The position numbers were made by a program, and so were the translations under genes. From a virus (taxonomy: Duplodnaviria; Caudoviricetes): a stretch of DNA of 64,000 bases. The stretch spans positions 8,159-72,158 of IMG/VR virus record IMGVR_UViG_3300002026_001699. One strand, given 5' to 3'. How positions within the stretch are numbered: the stretch's first letter is position 1; every line of letters starts with the position of its first letter. The notes beneath the pieces were generated by a model. The model saw only the letters and a program-made list of their open reading frames with translations. It did not search any database and had not been told where the DNA came from. Positions 8,627 through 18,036 of this stretch are shown here, piece after piece.

Positions 8627-10927
8627 TTATACTCCTTTAATTAAGCAATCCCCAATTTGAAGTTTTGAAGCTTCAATCCAAATTGCATTAATTATATTTT
8701 TTTCTCGTCCTTTAGGAATAACTAAAATTTTATGGTCTTTTGTACACTCTATAGAATCACCATTTTCAAGATTTACTTGAGATATTTTTTCATCAACATC
8801 ATAAATAAATTTGTTTACTACTTTATGTTTTTTACCATAAGCAGTTATAACTTCTTGATTAACTTCTATATCTTGAATATTCTTAAATGACCCATCAGAA
8901 AGTTTTACTTTTGAATTAGGAATGAAACATCCACGCCCTGCACCTACTGATGTTTCACCAAAAGTCTCTTTAGTCCATCCTATAATATCTTCCATGATCA
9001 AGAAATAATCAGTATATCCTTTTTTTACAATAACATCTAATTCAAACTTAACCCTATCAAGATATTCTTTATTGTTTTCTAATCCTCTTTCTTTTAACCC
9101 TTTCATAACTTTATCAACAATAACTTTTTTACCATTATCATAAAGTTTTGGGAGTTTGGCACTTTTATCTAACTCATATTCTTGAACACTATCAACAAGA
9201 GAAATTACAGTATGAATACCTTTCCAAAAAACCTCTTCTGTAAAGACGTCAGACTTATGCCACATTTCCCAAGCATCATGCAATTCTGATACACTTTTGT
9301 AATAAAACTCTTTGCCTTTAATAGTCCAAATTTTACCATCTGTATCTTCTTCAAGTTGTTTAAATGTTTTATCCTGATCAGAAAGCATTTGTAACTCTTG
9401 AATGCGTGATTCTGCTTTGGTGAGATAGTGAGCATCATTAGTAATAACCCATGGAATATTTAATTCCAGAGCAATCTTAATTAACTCTTCATTAATAATT
9501 TTTTGTGGTTCCCAATCAATAGCCATTAATTCAATATAATAATCTTTTCCAAATACACCATGCCACCACTTGATAACTTCTCTAGCCCTCTTTGGAGCCT
9601 CTGCAATTGCCTGTTTATCACTCTCTTCTATAAAATCAGATACATATTTGATATAATCTTCTTCTTCAAATTTGTTTTCTTGGTGAGAATAAAAATATTC
9701 AAAATCATATTGATCTAGATATTCATTTTCTGCAAGTTTATCATCATCCTTTGTTCTAAAAGATGACTTCATTGCCTTTACTTTATTTTCAATGAGGACT
9801 TTTTTATCATTAGCTCTTTTATCACTTTCAAGATAAACTCTCTCCAAGAGAATTCTATTTTGTTCTCCAGTTCCACAACCAGATAAAATAATCAATCCAT
9901 CACTATGATCTTTTATATATTCAGGATCACAAATTGGATTTTTGTAAAATCCATTTACCCAAGCATCATTATGAATTTTAACAATATTTTTAAAACCATT
10001 TAGATTTTTAGCAAACATTGTTATATGTCTTGTTTCTTTTGAGGCTATTTTTCTAATGGCTTTATTTTCAGGAGTATCATCTTTAAGAGCGTCTCTTAAT
10101 TTACCAGCCTGTCTATTTACATAAGCTTCCATTCCAAGAATTGGCTTTAAGCCATTTTCTTTTGCGCCATTATAAATAGAAATCCAATCACAAATATTTC
10201 CATGGTTAGATGTTGCTATTGCAGATTTTTGTTTTTCAACATGCCATTTTATTCTTGTATCAGGAGTTCCAATACCATCTTTAAATGAGAGGGTATTATG
10301 AACATGAAGATGAACATATTTCCAGTCAATCTTTATTTTTTCAACTTCTTGTCTTACACTTTCTAGTTCTTGGACATTGTTAAAAGAAAATATCTTTACA
10401 GTATATACAAGTTGCTTGGCATTAATTCTCAGAGGAAGATCATATGAATTAAGACCTTTAGATATTGCTATTCTAAAAGTTTTTTCAAGGAGAGATTTAG
10501 TATAATCACCAAGTGCAAAAATAATTTCTGGTTGAACAACTAGCAACTCTTTAAAGAGGAATCTTTTTATGTGTAATTTACCATCTTTAAAAAGTGGATC
10601 TTCAGTTGATGGATCTTTTGGATATTTTATACCATATGTTAAATATAAATCTTTTCTATTAAGATCTAGCGATGTGCAAATTTCTTGGACTGATTTTGAT
10701 AAATCAGGGTCTGTATAAAATTTGTCAATGTCAAATGGGGATGGGTATGGACCTAATATCATAAATGGTGATATTCTACCTTCAGGAAGAGATCTGTTTC
10801 CAGGCTGAAGAGCAAACTCACACAACTCAATATCTTTTGCTTTTTGAATATCATCAAAAATTTTGTCTAGTGTAATATCATTTTTTAATAGATTAGCTGT
10901 GATTTGTGATTCTTCATTAAATGGCAT
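8627..10927 (-). CDS. dnaE: DnaE fragment 1: UDG-like N-domain + PHP domain + IntN1 (100 aa)
   Basis: HLHVHNTLSFKDG, SNHGN, GMEAY, TNDAHY; DYFLIMEDII; GAGRG|CFIPNS; TKDH. Confidence 0.92.
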   Translation of the reverse strand: MPFNEESQITANLLKNDITLDKIFDDIQKAKDIELCEFALQPGNRSLPEGRISPFMILGPYPSPFDIDKFYTDPDLSKSVQEICTSLDLNRKDLYLTYGIKYPKDPSTEDPLFKDGKLHIKRFLFKELLVVQPEIIFALGDYTKSLLEKTFRIAISKGLNSYDLPLRINAKQLVYTVKIFSFNNVQELESVRQEVEKIKIDWKYVHLHVHNTLSFKDGIGTPDTRIKWHVEKQKSAIATSNHGNICDWISIYNGAKENGLKPILGMEAYVNRQAGKLRDALKDDTPENKAIRKIASKETRHITMFAKNLNGFKNIVKIHNDAWVNGFYKNPICDPEYIKDHSDGLIILSGCGTGEQNRILLERVYLESDKRANDKKVLIENKVKAMKSSFRTKDDDKLAENEYLDQYDFEYFYSHQENKFEEEDYIKYVSDFIEESDKQAIAEAPKRAREVIKWWHGVFGKDYYIELMAIDWEPQKIINEELIKIALELNIPWVITNDAHYLTKAESRIQELQMLSDQDKTFKQLEEDTDGKIWTIKGKEFYYKSVSELHDAWEMWHKSDVFTEEVFWKGIHTVISLVDSVQEYELDKSAKLPKLYDNGKKVIVDKVMKGLKERGLENNKEYLDRVKFELDVIVKKGYTDYFLIMEDIIGWTKETFGETSVGAGRGCFIPNSKVKLSDGSFKNIQDIEVNQEVITAYGKKHKVVNKFIYDVDEKISQVNLENGDSIECTKDHKILVIPKGREKNIINAIWIEASKLQIGDCLIKGV

Positions 10928-10991
10928 TTATACCTCTTTATTTAAACTATGCATAACTCGTATAATTATTATATCATATAATGAAGATACT

Positions 10992-11390
10992 CTAAAATGT
11001 AATATATATTTTTTTGATTTGACCAAATTTCTTTATTGACAAATAACCTATTTTTCCAGTTATCAATAACTTTTCTTGAATTTGAAAAGCCATAGAATCA
11101 CAGAATGCTAGAAATTGAACTAGCACAATATTTCCTGCAATATAAAAATCATCATCATGGAATTCACCAACTTCATGATTATTACTGCTTCTTTTAGATA
11201 ATTTAATATCATCTAAATTTTTAAAAACTCTATACATAATAGAGAGTAATAGTTTTATATCTCTAGATTTATTATTTTGAGCAATTTTTTCATATATACT
11301 TGCAAATTTAATTTGCTTTGATTTTAAAGGTGGAAGATCTTCTAACAAGAATTTCCACTTTTCAATTAATTCACTATCTTGTTCTGTCAT
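10992..11390 (-). CDS. Hypothetical protein
   Basis: 132 aa ORF in the - strand gene run. Confidence 0.55.
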   Translation of the reverse strand: MTEQDSELIEKWKFLLEDLPPLKSKQIKFASIYEKIAQNNKSRDIKLLLSIMYRVFKNLDDIKLSKRSSNNHEVGEFHDDDFYIAGNIVLVQFLAFCDSMAFQIQEKLLITGKIGYLSIKKFGQIKKIYITF

Positions 11391-12216
11391 TTATTAAATC
11401 CCTTGTTATCTCTAATGCGGCAGCAAAAGGATATTTACAACTCCACTTATCTAAATTTAATTCTTTAACATCTTCTTTTATTATAGAAGATTCACACTCT
11501 TTTATATCATATACTAAATTCAACTCCATAGAATTTGCCATATAATCTATAGCATCTTCTAAAGATCTTGCATTATCATCCATAATTTGAATTGATTTAT
11601 TTTTATATTTTTCTATATCAGATAAAATCATATCAACACCATCTAGAAAATCATCTATAAAAGTATATTTTCTTTTATCTCCAAGATTAGCATAAATTAC
11701 TGCCATATCAGATCTTCCAACTGAAGTCATTAATAATTGACTAATTGATCCATGAAAATCTTCAGGTCCAAATAATTCATCTGTTATTATTTCAATAACA
11801 TCAATCCCCATATTTTTAAACATTAAAGAAATTGCATCTTGTGTATAATTAAACATATTATTAGGATGATTATTATATTTAATAAAAACAATTGGAATGT
11901 CTAATTTTTTAGCATGTTGAGCTATGTAATAACTCCCCTCAATATTATTTCTAACCATCCAATGTGATTTATCATCTTCAGGAACTATCAAGGTAGCGGT
12001 GTGAATTATACATTCAACGCCTGATCTTTCTAATAGATTTTCAAGAGTAGGATCAAAAATATCTATTTCGGAGTGATGATCAAAAGAAAACTTTTTCTGT
12101 CTCCAATAATCATACATATCATTAAGATGAGAATTCTCAACAATATGTTTGTGTGATAAATGCCTAACAAAGGCTCTAGAAACGAAACCATTCTCGCCTG
12201 TCATCCAAATTTTCAT
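11374..12216 (-). CDS. NAD-dependent epimerase/dehydratase (SDR)-like, degenerate
   Basis: MKIWMTGENGFVS Rossmann start, IIHTA, NNIEGS, ELFGP, YTFIDD; YxxxK appears replaced by FNYTQ. Confidence 0.7.
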   Translation of the reverse strand: MKIWMTGENGFVSRAFVRHLSHKHIVENSHLNDMYDYWRQKKFSFDHHSEIDIFDPTLENLLERSGVECIIHTATLIVPEDDKSHWMVRNNIEGSYYIAQHAKKLDIPIVFIKYNNHPNNMFNYTQDAISLMFKNMGIDVIEIITDELFGPEDFHGSISQLLMTSVGRSDMAVIYANLGDKRKYTFIDDFLDGVDMILSDIEKYKNKSIQIMDDNARSLEDAIDYMANSMELNLVYDIKECESSIIKEDVKELNLDKWSCKYPFAAALEITRDLINDRTR

Positions 12217-12821
12217 TGTTCCTCCAAAAGTATTTTTTTATATTTTTCTATAAAAGGTCTTCTAAGTTCATAATAAAATTCTTTTCCAGTTTGCGGGCTC
12301 ATGATTATCAATTTCATTAGGTGTAATGTAAATTCTTCTAATGTAAGATATGCCTTTATTCCATTATATCTAAAACCAGTAGCTTGTTCTATTTGTTCAT
12401 CTTGTCTTTTATTCTTTAAACACGTTTTTCTATAATTAGATACTGTTCTCTGTAATACAATCCTTGCCTTGCCAGGATCTGAAATATCTCCACCTGGAAA
12501 GAAGCAATAAAAATGTCCATTATATCCTTCAATTGCCTTATGCTTTAGAAAAGTTCCTCTAACAACATTAAATTTTAAAGGAACCCATTCTGTCTCAATA
12601 ATAACATCACCTGAAGAAACTCTTGATTTAATATTTCTTATTTTAATTCTATCTAACTCTTGTTGAGATGGAGGAAAAACATCATCTAGTTGTGAAAAGT
12701 TAGCTATATAATTCTCCAAGATATTATGCTTTATTTCAAAATTAAACATATCTTGTAAATAAGACAAAACAACCTTTTCAGCCTCTAAACCATACTCTTG
12801 ATAGTTCTCCATGCACATCAC
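12213..12821 (-). CDS. Hypothetical protein, possibly PD-(D/E)xK fold
   Basis: GLEAEKVV...SSGDVII pattern only. Confidence 0.35.
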   Translation of the reverse strand: MMCMENYQEYGLEAEKVVLSYLQDMFNFEIKHNILENYIANFSQLDDVFPPSQQELDRIKIRNIKSRVSSGDVIIETEWVPLKFNVVRGTFLKHKAIEGYNGHFYCFFPGGDISDPGKARIVLQRTVSNYRKTCLKNKRQDEQIEQATGFRYNGIKAYLTLEEFTLHLMKLIIMSPQTGKEFYYELRRPFIEKYKKILLEEQ

Positions 12822-12829
12822 CTCTTATT

Positions 12830-12870
12830 AAACTATGCTTAAATAGAGACAAATTTGTACAATTTAAAAA
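12830..12870 (-). promoter_or_regulatory. Putative phage promoter TGTACAAATT-N13-GCATAGTTT
   Basis: Same bipartite spacing recurs at 35841-35870; the GCATA element precedes many starts. Confidence 0.5.
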
Positions 12871-13160
12871 GAAAATTGAATATCTATTCTGTCTGATAAA
12901 GCAGACATATTATGTGTTATTTGAATATTGAATGCTGTTGAAAAATTTTCCATTTTTAACACACTGTTTACTATTATAGTTACGTCATATTTTTCTTCAA
13001 GATACTTTAAACAATATATTAGTTTATGTTTTAAATCTTCATTTATTAATTCAAATTGATTTTTTTCTATAAAATCAGTGACTACTTGTTTTACTTCTTT
13101 TTCAACACTATTTCCTAAAAGTAAATCTTTTGCTATTTCAGCTGTTGTTCGCATTTCCAT
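12864..13160 (-). CDS. Hypothetical protein (AKxLLLG family)
   Basis: EIAKDLLLG N-terminal motif shared with 17809, 18036 and 20472. Confidence 0.5.
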   Translation of the reverse strand: MEMRTTAEIAKDLLLGNSVEKEVKQVVTDFIEKNQFELINEDLKHKLIYCLKYLEEKYDVTIIVNSVLKMENFSTAFNIQITHNMSALSDRIDIQFSF

Positions 13161-14019
13161 AAAGCCACCTTAAAATTCTATATCCTGAATCATAGCCTAT
13201 TGATAGAGGGTGCTCAATATTTGTAATAATATTAATTAAACATTTTTCAGGCTCACCTTTTTCATTAATTAAATTTGTTGCCAAGTCTGGTGTGCTTGCT
13301 GGAGTAAATTCTTCTTTCATCATTTTTTCTATCTGCTCAAAATTCTTTTCATAAATATGGAGGGAGTGAGCAATATGTGTATATGTTCCTATCTCTAACT
13401 CTGGATAAACTACTTTAAGGTGATTATACATTTGTTGTTGAAGCATAGTAAAAAATGGATAGTCAAATGTCAATCCAAAAAAGATATCATTACTTCTCAT
13501 ATCAACTGTAAAGTTTAATTTATTATTTCGTATTTGAAAATTACCTATTAATGTGCAAACAAAATCTTTTACACCATTATATTGATGAGCGGGCCGGTTA
13601 AAATGCATAATGGCTTGTCTGGAATCTTTATCTTTAACAAGAGAATCATATGCCCATTGATATTGACTAAATCCATTTTCTGCATCCTTTAAATTAAATA
13701 AAAGATTTCCATAAGCAGAATTACATGTTCCATCTTCATTTGAAATATTTTTCCAAAATGAAGAAAAATTTGATATGAAACTTAGATCATTTCTCCCTGA
13801 AAAATACCATAGCAATTCACCAGCCAAATATTTCAATGGAACATCTCTTGCTTTATTAAGAAAGAGATTAGATGTTGGATCTTCATTGATTAAAATAGCA
13901 TCACTTATTTCTTTAATCTTTTGTCCTCTTGGGGCAGACTCATACTCAGGATTTGTCATCAATTCATTGCAAATATTTTTATATAGTTCAGCAAAATTCT
14001 TTCCCTTAATAACTCTCAT
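13138..14019 (-). CDS. Thymidylate-synthase-fold dCMP hydroxymethylase (T4 gp42-like)
   Basis: SRQA, DFVCT catalytic Cys, MRSNDIFFGLTFDY with Asp at the dCMP-specificity position, SLHIYE. Confidence 0.8.
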   Translation of the reverse strand: MRVIKGKNFAELYKNICNELMTNPEYESAPRGQKIKEISDAILINEDPTSNLFLNKARDVPLKYLAGELLWYFSGRNDLSFISNFSSFWKNISNEDGTCNSAYGNLLFNLKDAENGFSQYQWAYDSLVKDKDSRQAIMHFNRPAHQYNGVKDFVCTLIGNFQIRNNKLNFTVDMRSNDIFFGLTFDYPFFTMLQQQMYNHLKVVYPELEIGTYTHIAHSLHIYEKNFEQIEKMMKEEFTPASTPDLATNLINEKGEPEKCLINIITNIEHPLSIGYDSGYRILRWLYGNANNS

Positions 14020-14823
14020 TTACATCTCCTTTAAATTATCAATCAATGTATTAAAATAATCAACATTCTGTCCAGTAGATCCAAAAATTTCTATATCTAT
14101 TTTTTTATCATCATAAATTGGTTTTATAAAATATTCATATAGTGTAATTATATCAGCAAATAATTCATATTGAATATCAGATGATCTAAAAACAAAAACA
14201 ACCTTGTCATTTAAATAATGTATCATACTTAGACAAGATACATCTAATTTTCCTTTTTCAGATTCTTCGTATTCACCTATTGAATTGGCTATTCTTACAA
14301 CAGCTTTTCTTGAAGATCTATTATTAGAAAATATATTTCTAACAGACTGTAATACTTGTTGATAAGTTAAAGAATTTCTTTGTTCAACTGAATGAGTATA
14401 TATGCTTCCATCTAAAGATGGTAATAAGTCAAAAAACCTTAAAGATCCTCTCTCTTCAAGAAAAGGTTTAAAGTCATCTTTTGTAATATCTTTATTTTTA
14501 AATTTTTCTAATTTTAATAATATATAAGGATCTTTTATTTTATTAATATCATATATAAAATCTTTAATTGTAAAAAGATAGGAATCATTTTCAAATAATG
14601 GTTTTTTATTTATAGTTATTTTCATTCTTTCAATCCTTATTTTTACAATTTCTTGGACATCTTCTCTTTGTGCTTTTATAACTTTAGCAATACAATCACC
14701 ACAAAGATCCCCAATTAATTTAATAGTCAAAACATTCTTTTCAAAAGATACAAACTCACATATACCCCTTGATTCAAACATTTCTTTTAAATCTTGATTT
14801 ATATAGTCTTTAAGATTTTTCAT
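14020..14823 (-). CDS. NifU-C-like N-domain fused to a divergent TS-like domain
   Basis: LTIKLIGDLCGDC; SSRKAV...SCLSMIH...FRSSDI...FAD; internal AAGGA-ATG (MKITIN). Confidence 0.55.
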   Translation of the reverse strand: MKNLKDYINQDLKEMFESRGICEFVSFEKNVLTIKLIGDLCGDCIAKVIKAQREDVQEIVKIRIERMKITINKKPLFENDSYLFTIKDFIYDINKIKDPYILLKLEKFKNKDITKDDFKPFLEERGSLRFFDLLPSLDGSIYTHSVEQRNSLTYQQVLQSVRNIFSNNRSSRKAVVRIANSIGEYEESEKGKLDVSCLSMIHYLNDKVVFVFRSSDIQYELFADIITLYEYFIKPIYDDKKIDIEIFGSTGQNVDYFNTLIDNLKEM

Positions 14824-15433
14824 TCATTTTATTTATGACATCATTTATCATATTCATTAAATAATCTTGATCTTTTAAAATATCAATCTTAACAAGCTTT
14901 GATTTATTAACTAAAACACCATCTGTTATAATTGACATTAAATTATATTCATTCTCCTGAGTAAATTCAATATTTTCTTGAGTATAAATATCTTTTCTTG
15001 TTATTTCTTTGATTGGTTTAAAAAACAAAATTGTATCATATAAATTATTTACATGATCAAGCACTGTGTCAAACAGTTTTGATAAAAATTTATGATATCT
15101 TATTATGTCATCTGTTCCAAGACTTGATTTATCCATATAAAAAGTATAATAAAAATAACTATCAACAAGAGATCTATCTATTAAAATCAATTTATTATTA
15201 AATCTTTCGTTGATACTTTTTTCTGCATTTATTTTTTCACCAATAATATCTAACTCTAAGTCAAGATATTTTGATGCACATTTTCTAATTTCATCAATAT
15301 TACCAATATTAAGATCTCTTATTACTTCATCTAACAAAACAACATCATTTGGATATAAATCCTTTATTGTTTTCATAAAAGTTGTTTTACCTGAATGAGA
15401 AGCACCTGAACATGCTATAATTAAATTATTCAT
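14810..15433 (-). CDS. P-loop nucleotide kinase (dNMP kinase-like)
   Basis: SGASHSGKTT Walker A; LIDRSLVDSY. Confidence 0.75.
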   Translation of the reverse strand: MNNLIIACSGASHSGKTTFMKTIKDLYPNDVVLLDEVIRDLNIGNIDEIRKCASKYLDLELDIIGEKINAEKSINERFNNKLILIDRSLVDSYFYYTFYMDKSSLGTDDIIRYHKFLSKLFDTVLDHVNNLYDTILFFKPIKEITRKDIYTQENIEFTQENEYNLMSIITDGVLVNKSKLVKIDILKDQDYLMNMINDVINKMNEKS

Positions 15434-15450
15434 ATTATCCCTTTTGAAAT

Positions 15451-15477
15451 ATGCCCCAGATTGTTAGTCTGGGGCAT
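15451..15477 (-). terminator. GC-rich hairpin, probable terminator
   Basis: ATGCCCCAGA-7nt-TCTGGGGCAT perfect 10-bp stem just after the acidic ORF. Confidence 0.65.
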
Positions 15478-15481
15478 TAAT

Positions 15482-15652
15482 TTAAACTTCTATATTGTCA
15501 TCATCAAAATCATCATCAGGACCATATCCATCTTCATCATCTTCATCATTAGCATAATCATCGTCATCATCATACTCTGTCCCTATATCATCATCTTCAA
15601 AATTATCTTCTACATCATCTTCAAAGTCATCATCTTCGAACTCATCATCCAT
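15482..15652 (-). CDS. 56-aa hyper-acidic peptide (missed by the ORF track)
   Basis: AGGAG RBS; MDDEFEDDDFEDDVEDNFEDDDIGTEYDDDDDYANDEDDEDGYGPDDDFDDDNIEV; 35 D/E, no K/R/H. Confidence 0.8.
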   Translation of the reverse strand: MDDEFEDDDFEDDVEDNFEDDDIGTEYDDDDDYANDEDDEDGYGPDDDFDDDNIEV

Positions 15653-15665
15653 AAACTCCTCCTAT

Positions 15666-17399
15666 TTATTCCTCATATGTCCCTATCAAAAGATAAGGCT
15701 TCTTGAGACCTAACTCATTAGCTCTATCAAGCTGATACTTAAAGTCATCAATTGCATGTGCTGCTGAAAAGACAATTGGCTTTCCATGAACATTGTAAGA
15801 TGTATTAATCAAGGCTTTTGTAGTTCCTTCAACTTTCTTGAGAATCAAAGAAACAGTTGAATTATCATCTTCAACAACCTGAGGACGCCCTGAATAAAGA
15901 TCTTCATTTGGATATTTATGCATGATTCCTGAATAAAGTTCACAATATTGAATTGTATAATCATATGTAAGAATCATAAACCCATCTGATCCAATTGTCT
16001 TTTCATACTGTTCTTTATCAAAGAAATAATCAAGATTTTTTCTTAACATAATTGGAGCCATTGGCATTACAGTATTTCTCTTATTATAAGTATTAATCAA
16101 CTCTACATTTTCCTTAAATGGAATTGCATAAGTAGTTGTATGGCACAGAGCTCTAGGCCCAAACTCCATACTTCCTAATACAACTTGCGGAATTTGATTA
16201 TCCTTTATTAAAGAAGCAACTCTGTCTGCCATTTCCTGCTTTGTATTATAAATTTCAACATTTTCAGGGAGAGTCTTAATATCTATATTACTAACCTCTG
16301 TCTTTAGATCTCTATGACCCCAGAAAAGATTTGAGAAATCGAAATCACCAATGTTATTTATATAATGACCAATTGCCGCTCCTTGATCTCCGGCTAGAGG
16401 CATAACACAAAATGAATTGCACTCTTTTGCAAGTCTATTGTTTAATTTAACATTATAGAAAATACCACCATTTACAATAAGCGCTCCATTAGAATGTTTC
16501 CTTACAAAATGTGTTGCCACACCCTCAAGAACAGTTTGGATAAAATTACCAATAACAGTTCTAAGATTAAACTTATCATCATCTCTTGTAAATACAAGGG
16601 AGTTTACAAGCTTATCAAGTCTTGCATAGTGATCCTTCTTTACTTTATTAAGAGCATCAATATCAATATAATAAGGATCAGATACTCTTTTTGAAATTGA
16701 TGATTCAAGCCCATAAATCATTTCATCAATAAAACTATTTGCGGCAGTCTGAAGAATTTCAAAATTCTTATCATTAAGAACTTCATGAATATGAGATTCA
16801 TAACCAAGGAATTTATATTCATCCTGGTTTTCTTTCATACCACTATAAGATGTTGCATACTGATAAAACATTCCAAGAGAGTTTTCATAACCATATGATC
16901 TATGGAATAATTCAATATTTCTAAGACCAATGTTATTATAAGTAAGTCTATAAAGAGACATTACTTCTTGCTTATTTCCAAAACCATCTGCTACCATAAT
17001 CATGGCATCATAATTTTCTCCACCGTGGAATTCATAGAAACCAGTGGCTGCATAAGCATGTGCATCATGGTGAGTAAAGTCTTCACCAAGAGATACTACT
17101 TTAAAACCATAATCATTTATAAGAGAATTGATATAATCCTGATTCCAATACTTGGAATGAATTTTCTCATTCTTGTTTGTTTGAAACTCAAAATCATCAA
17201 ACCAATGAGAAACAAAAACCACATTCTCTTCATCTTTTGAAGGTTTTGCAAAATTAATGCATTTAATAGCACTTTCTAATGGAAAGATTGAAGATGATTT
17301 TAGCCTCTCATGTCTTTCTTCCTCATATCCAGCAATTACTTTTCCATCTCTTACAGCAATAGCAGAAGAGTTATGTCCAAGTGTCAATAATAGTTCCAT
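15666..17399 (-). CDS. Carbamoyltransferase (NodU/CmcH/TobZ family)
   Basis: GHNSS, YEEER, HHDAHA, DGFG, NGGIFYNVKLN, GDQGAAIG, EFGPRAL, INTSYNVHGKPIV. Confidence 0.92.
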   Translation of the reverse strand: MELLLTLGHNSSAIAVRDGKVIAGYEEERHERLKSSSIFPLESAIKCINFAKPSKDEENVVFVSHWFDDFEFQTNKNEKIHSKYWNQDYINSLINDYGFKVVSLGEDFTHHDAHAYAATGFYEFHGGENYDAMIMVADGFGNKQEVMSLYRLTYNNIGLRNIELFHRSYGYENSLGMFYQYATSYSGMKENQDEYKFLGYESHIHEVLNDKNFEILQTAANSFIDEMIYGLESSISKRVSDPYYIDIDALNKVKKDHYARLDKLVNSLVFTRDDDKFNLRTVIGNFIQTVLEGVATHFVRKHSNGALIVNGGIFYNVKLNNRLAKECNSFCVMPLAGDQGAAIGHYINNIGDFDFSNLFWGHRDLKTEVSNIDIKTLPENVEIYNTKQEMADRVASLIKDNQIPQVVLGSMEFGPRALCHTTTYAIPFKENVELINTYNKRNTVMPMAPIMLRKNLDYFFDKEQYEKTIGSDGFMILTYDYTIQYCELYSGIMHKYPNEDLYSGRPQVVEDDNSTVSLILKKVEGTTKALINTSYNVHGKPIVFSAAHAIDDFKYQLDRANELGLKKPYLLIGTYEE

Positions 17400-17432
17400 T
17401 CTTTACTCCTTATCTATATTATAATAATTATG

Positions 17433-17855
17433 CTAATTACTTAGAGCTATTTTAGCGTTATCAACTATAATTTCTTTTTCTATGTCTATTTTTTTTAAAT
17501 TACTACAAAGCATACACTCTAATGGTATATATGTATTTGCAACTTTAATAAAATCTTTATATGAGTTGTCAATGATATTGATTTTTTGAAATGATTTTAA
17601 ATTTAAACAACTGTATTGACTCTCATAAATAAATTGTTTCATAATTTGAAAATCTTTAAGAGTGTTATCTAAACAATCAATAATTGAATTTAATGATCCT
17701 GCTAATCTTACTAAATCAAAGTTTAATTGTTTAGTTTTATCAAATTCAGTAATAAAATTATATTGAGTATAATCTATATAAACAGGACATGTTATTTTAT
17801 CACAAGAATTAATCAAAGCAAACCTTCTTTTTAAAGAAATCACAAGTGTTATCAT
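17433..17855 (-). CDS. Hypothetical protein
   Basis: 140 aa ORF in operon. Confidence 0.5.
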   Translation of the reverse strand: MITLVISLKRRFALINSCDKITCPVYIDYTQYNFITEFDKTKQLNFDLVRLAGSLNSIIDCLDNTLKDFQIMKQFIYESQYSCLNLKSFQKINIIDNSYKDFIKVANTYIPLECMLCSNLKKIDIEKEIIVDNAKIALSN

Positions 17856-18036
17856 TTGGAATATTTAATCCAAATTTATGGAAATTACTCCATTCATCTG
17901 ATCCAATAGTTTGAATTTCTATTTCTTGTTTTGCTCTTTCTATAGAATGACACCCTAATCCTGTAAATAAATAATTACCAAAATTAGAACAGTTATCACA
18001 TATATGTCCAAGCAAAAGAGTTTTAGCATCTGTCAT
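17809..18036 (-). CDS. Small Cys-rich protein (AKxLLLG-CxxC family)
   Basis: AKTLLLGHICDNC...PNDNTCDFF. Confidence 0.6.
   Translation of the reverse strand: MTDAKTLLLGHICDNCSNFGNYLFTGLGCHSIERAKQEIEIQTIGSDEWSNFHKFGLNIPNDNTCDFFKKKVCFD

Noticed and set aside
10992-11390. Major capsid protein because of the EKWxxLLE N-terminus
   Set aside because: Only 132 aa with no further capsid features
15461-15706. + strand hydrophobic 81-aa ORF
   Set aside because: Antisense shadow of the Asp-rich peptide (GAT repeats read as ATC/Ile)
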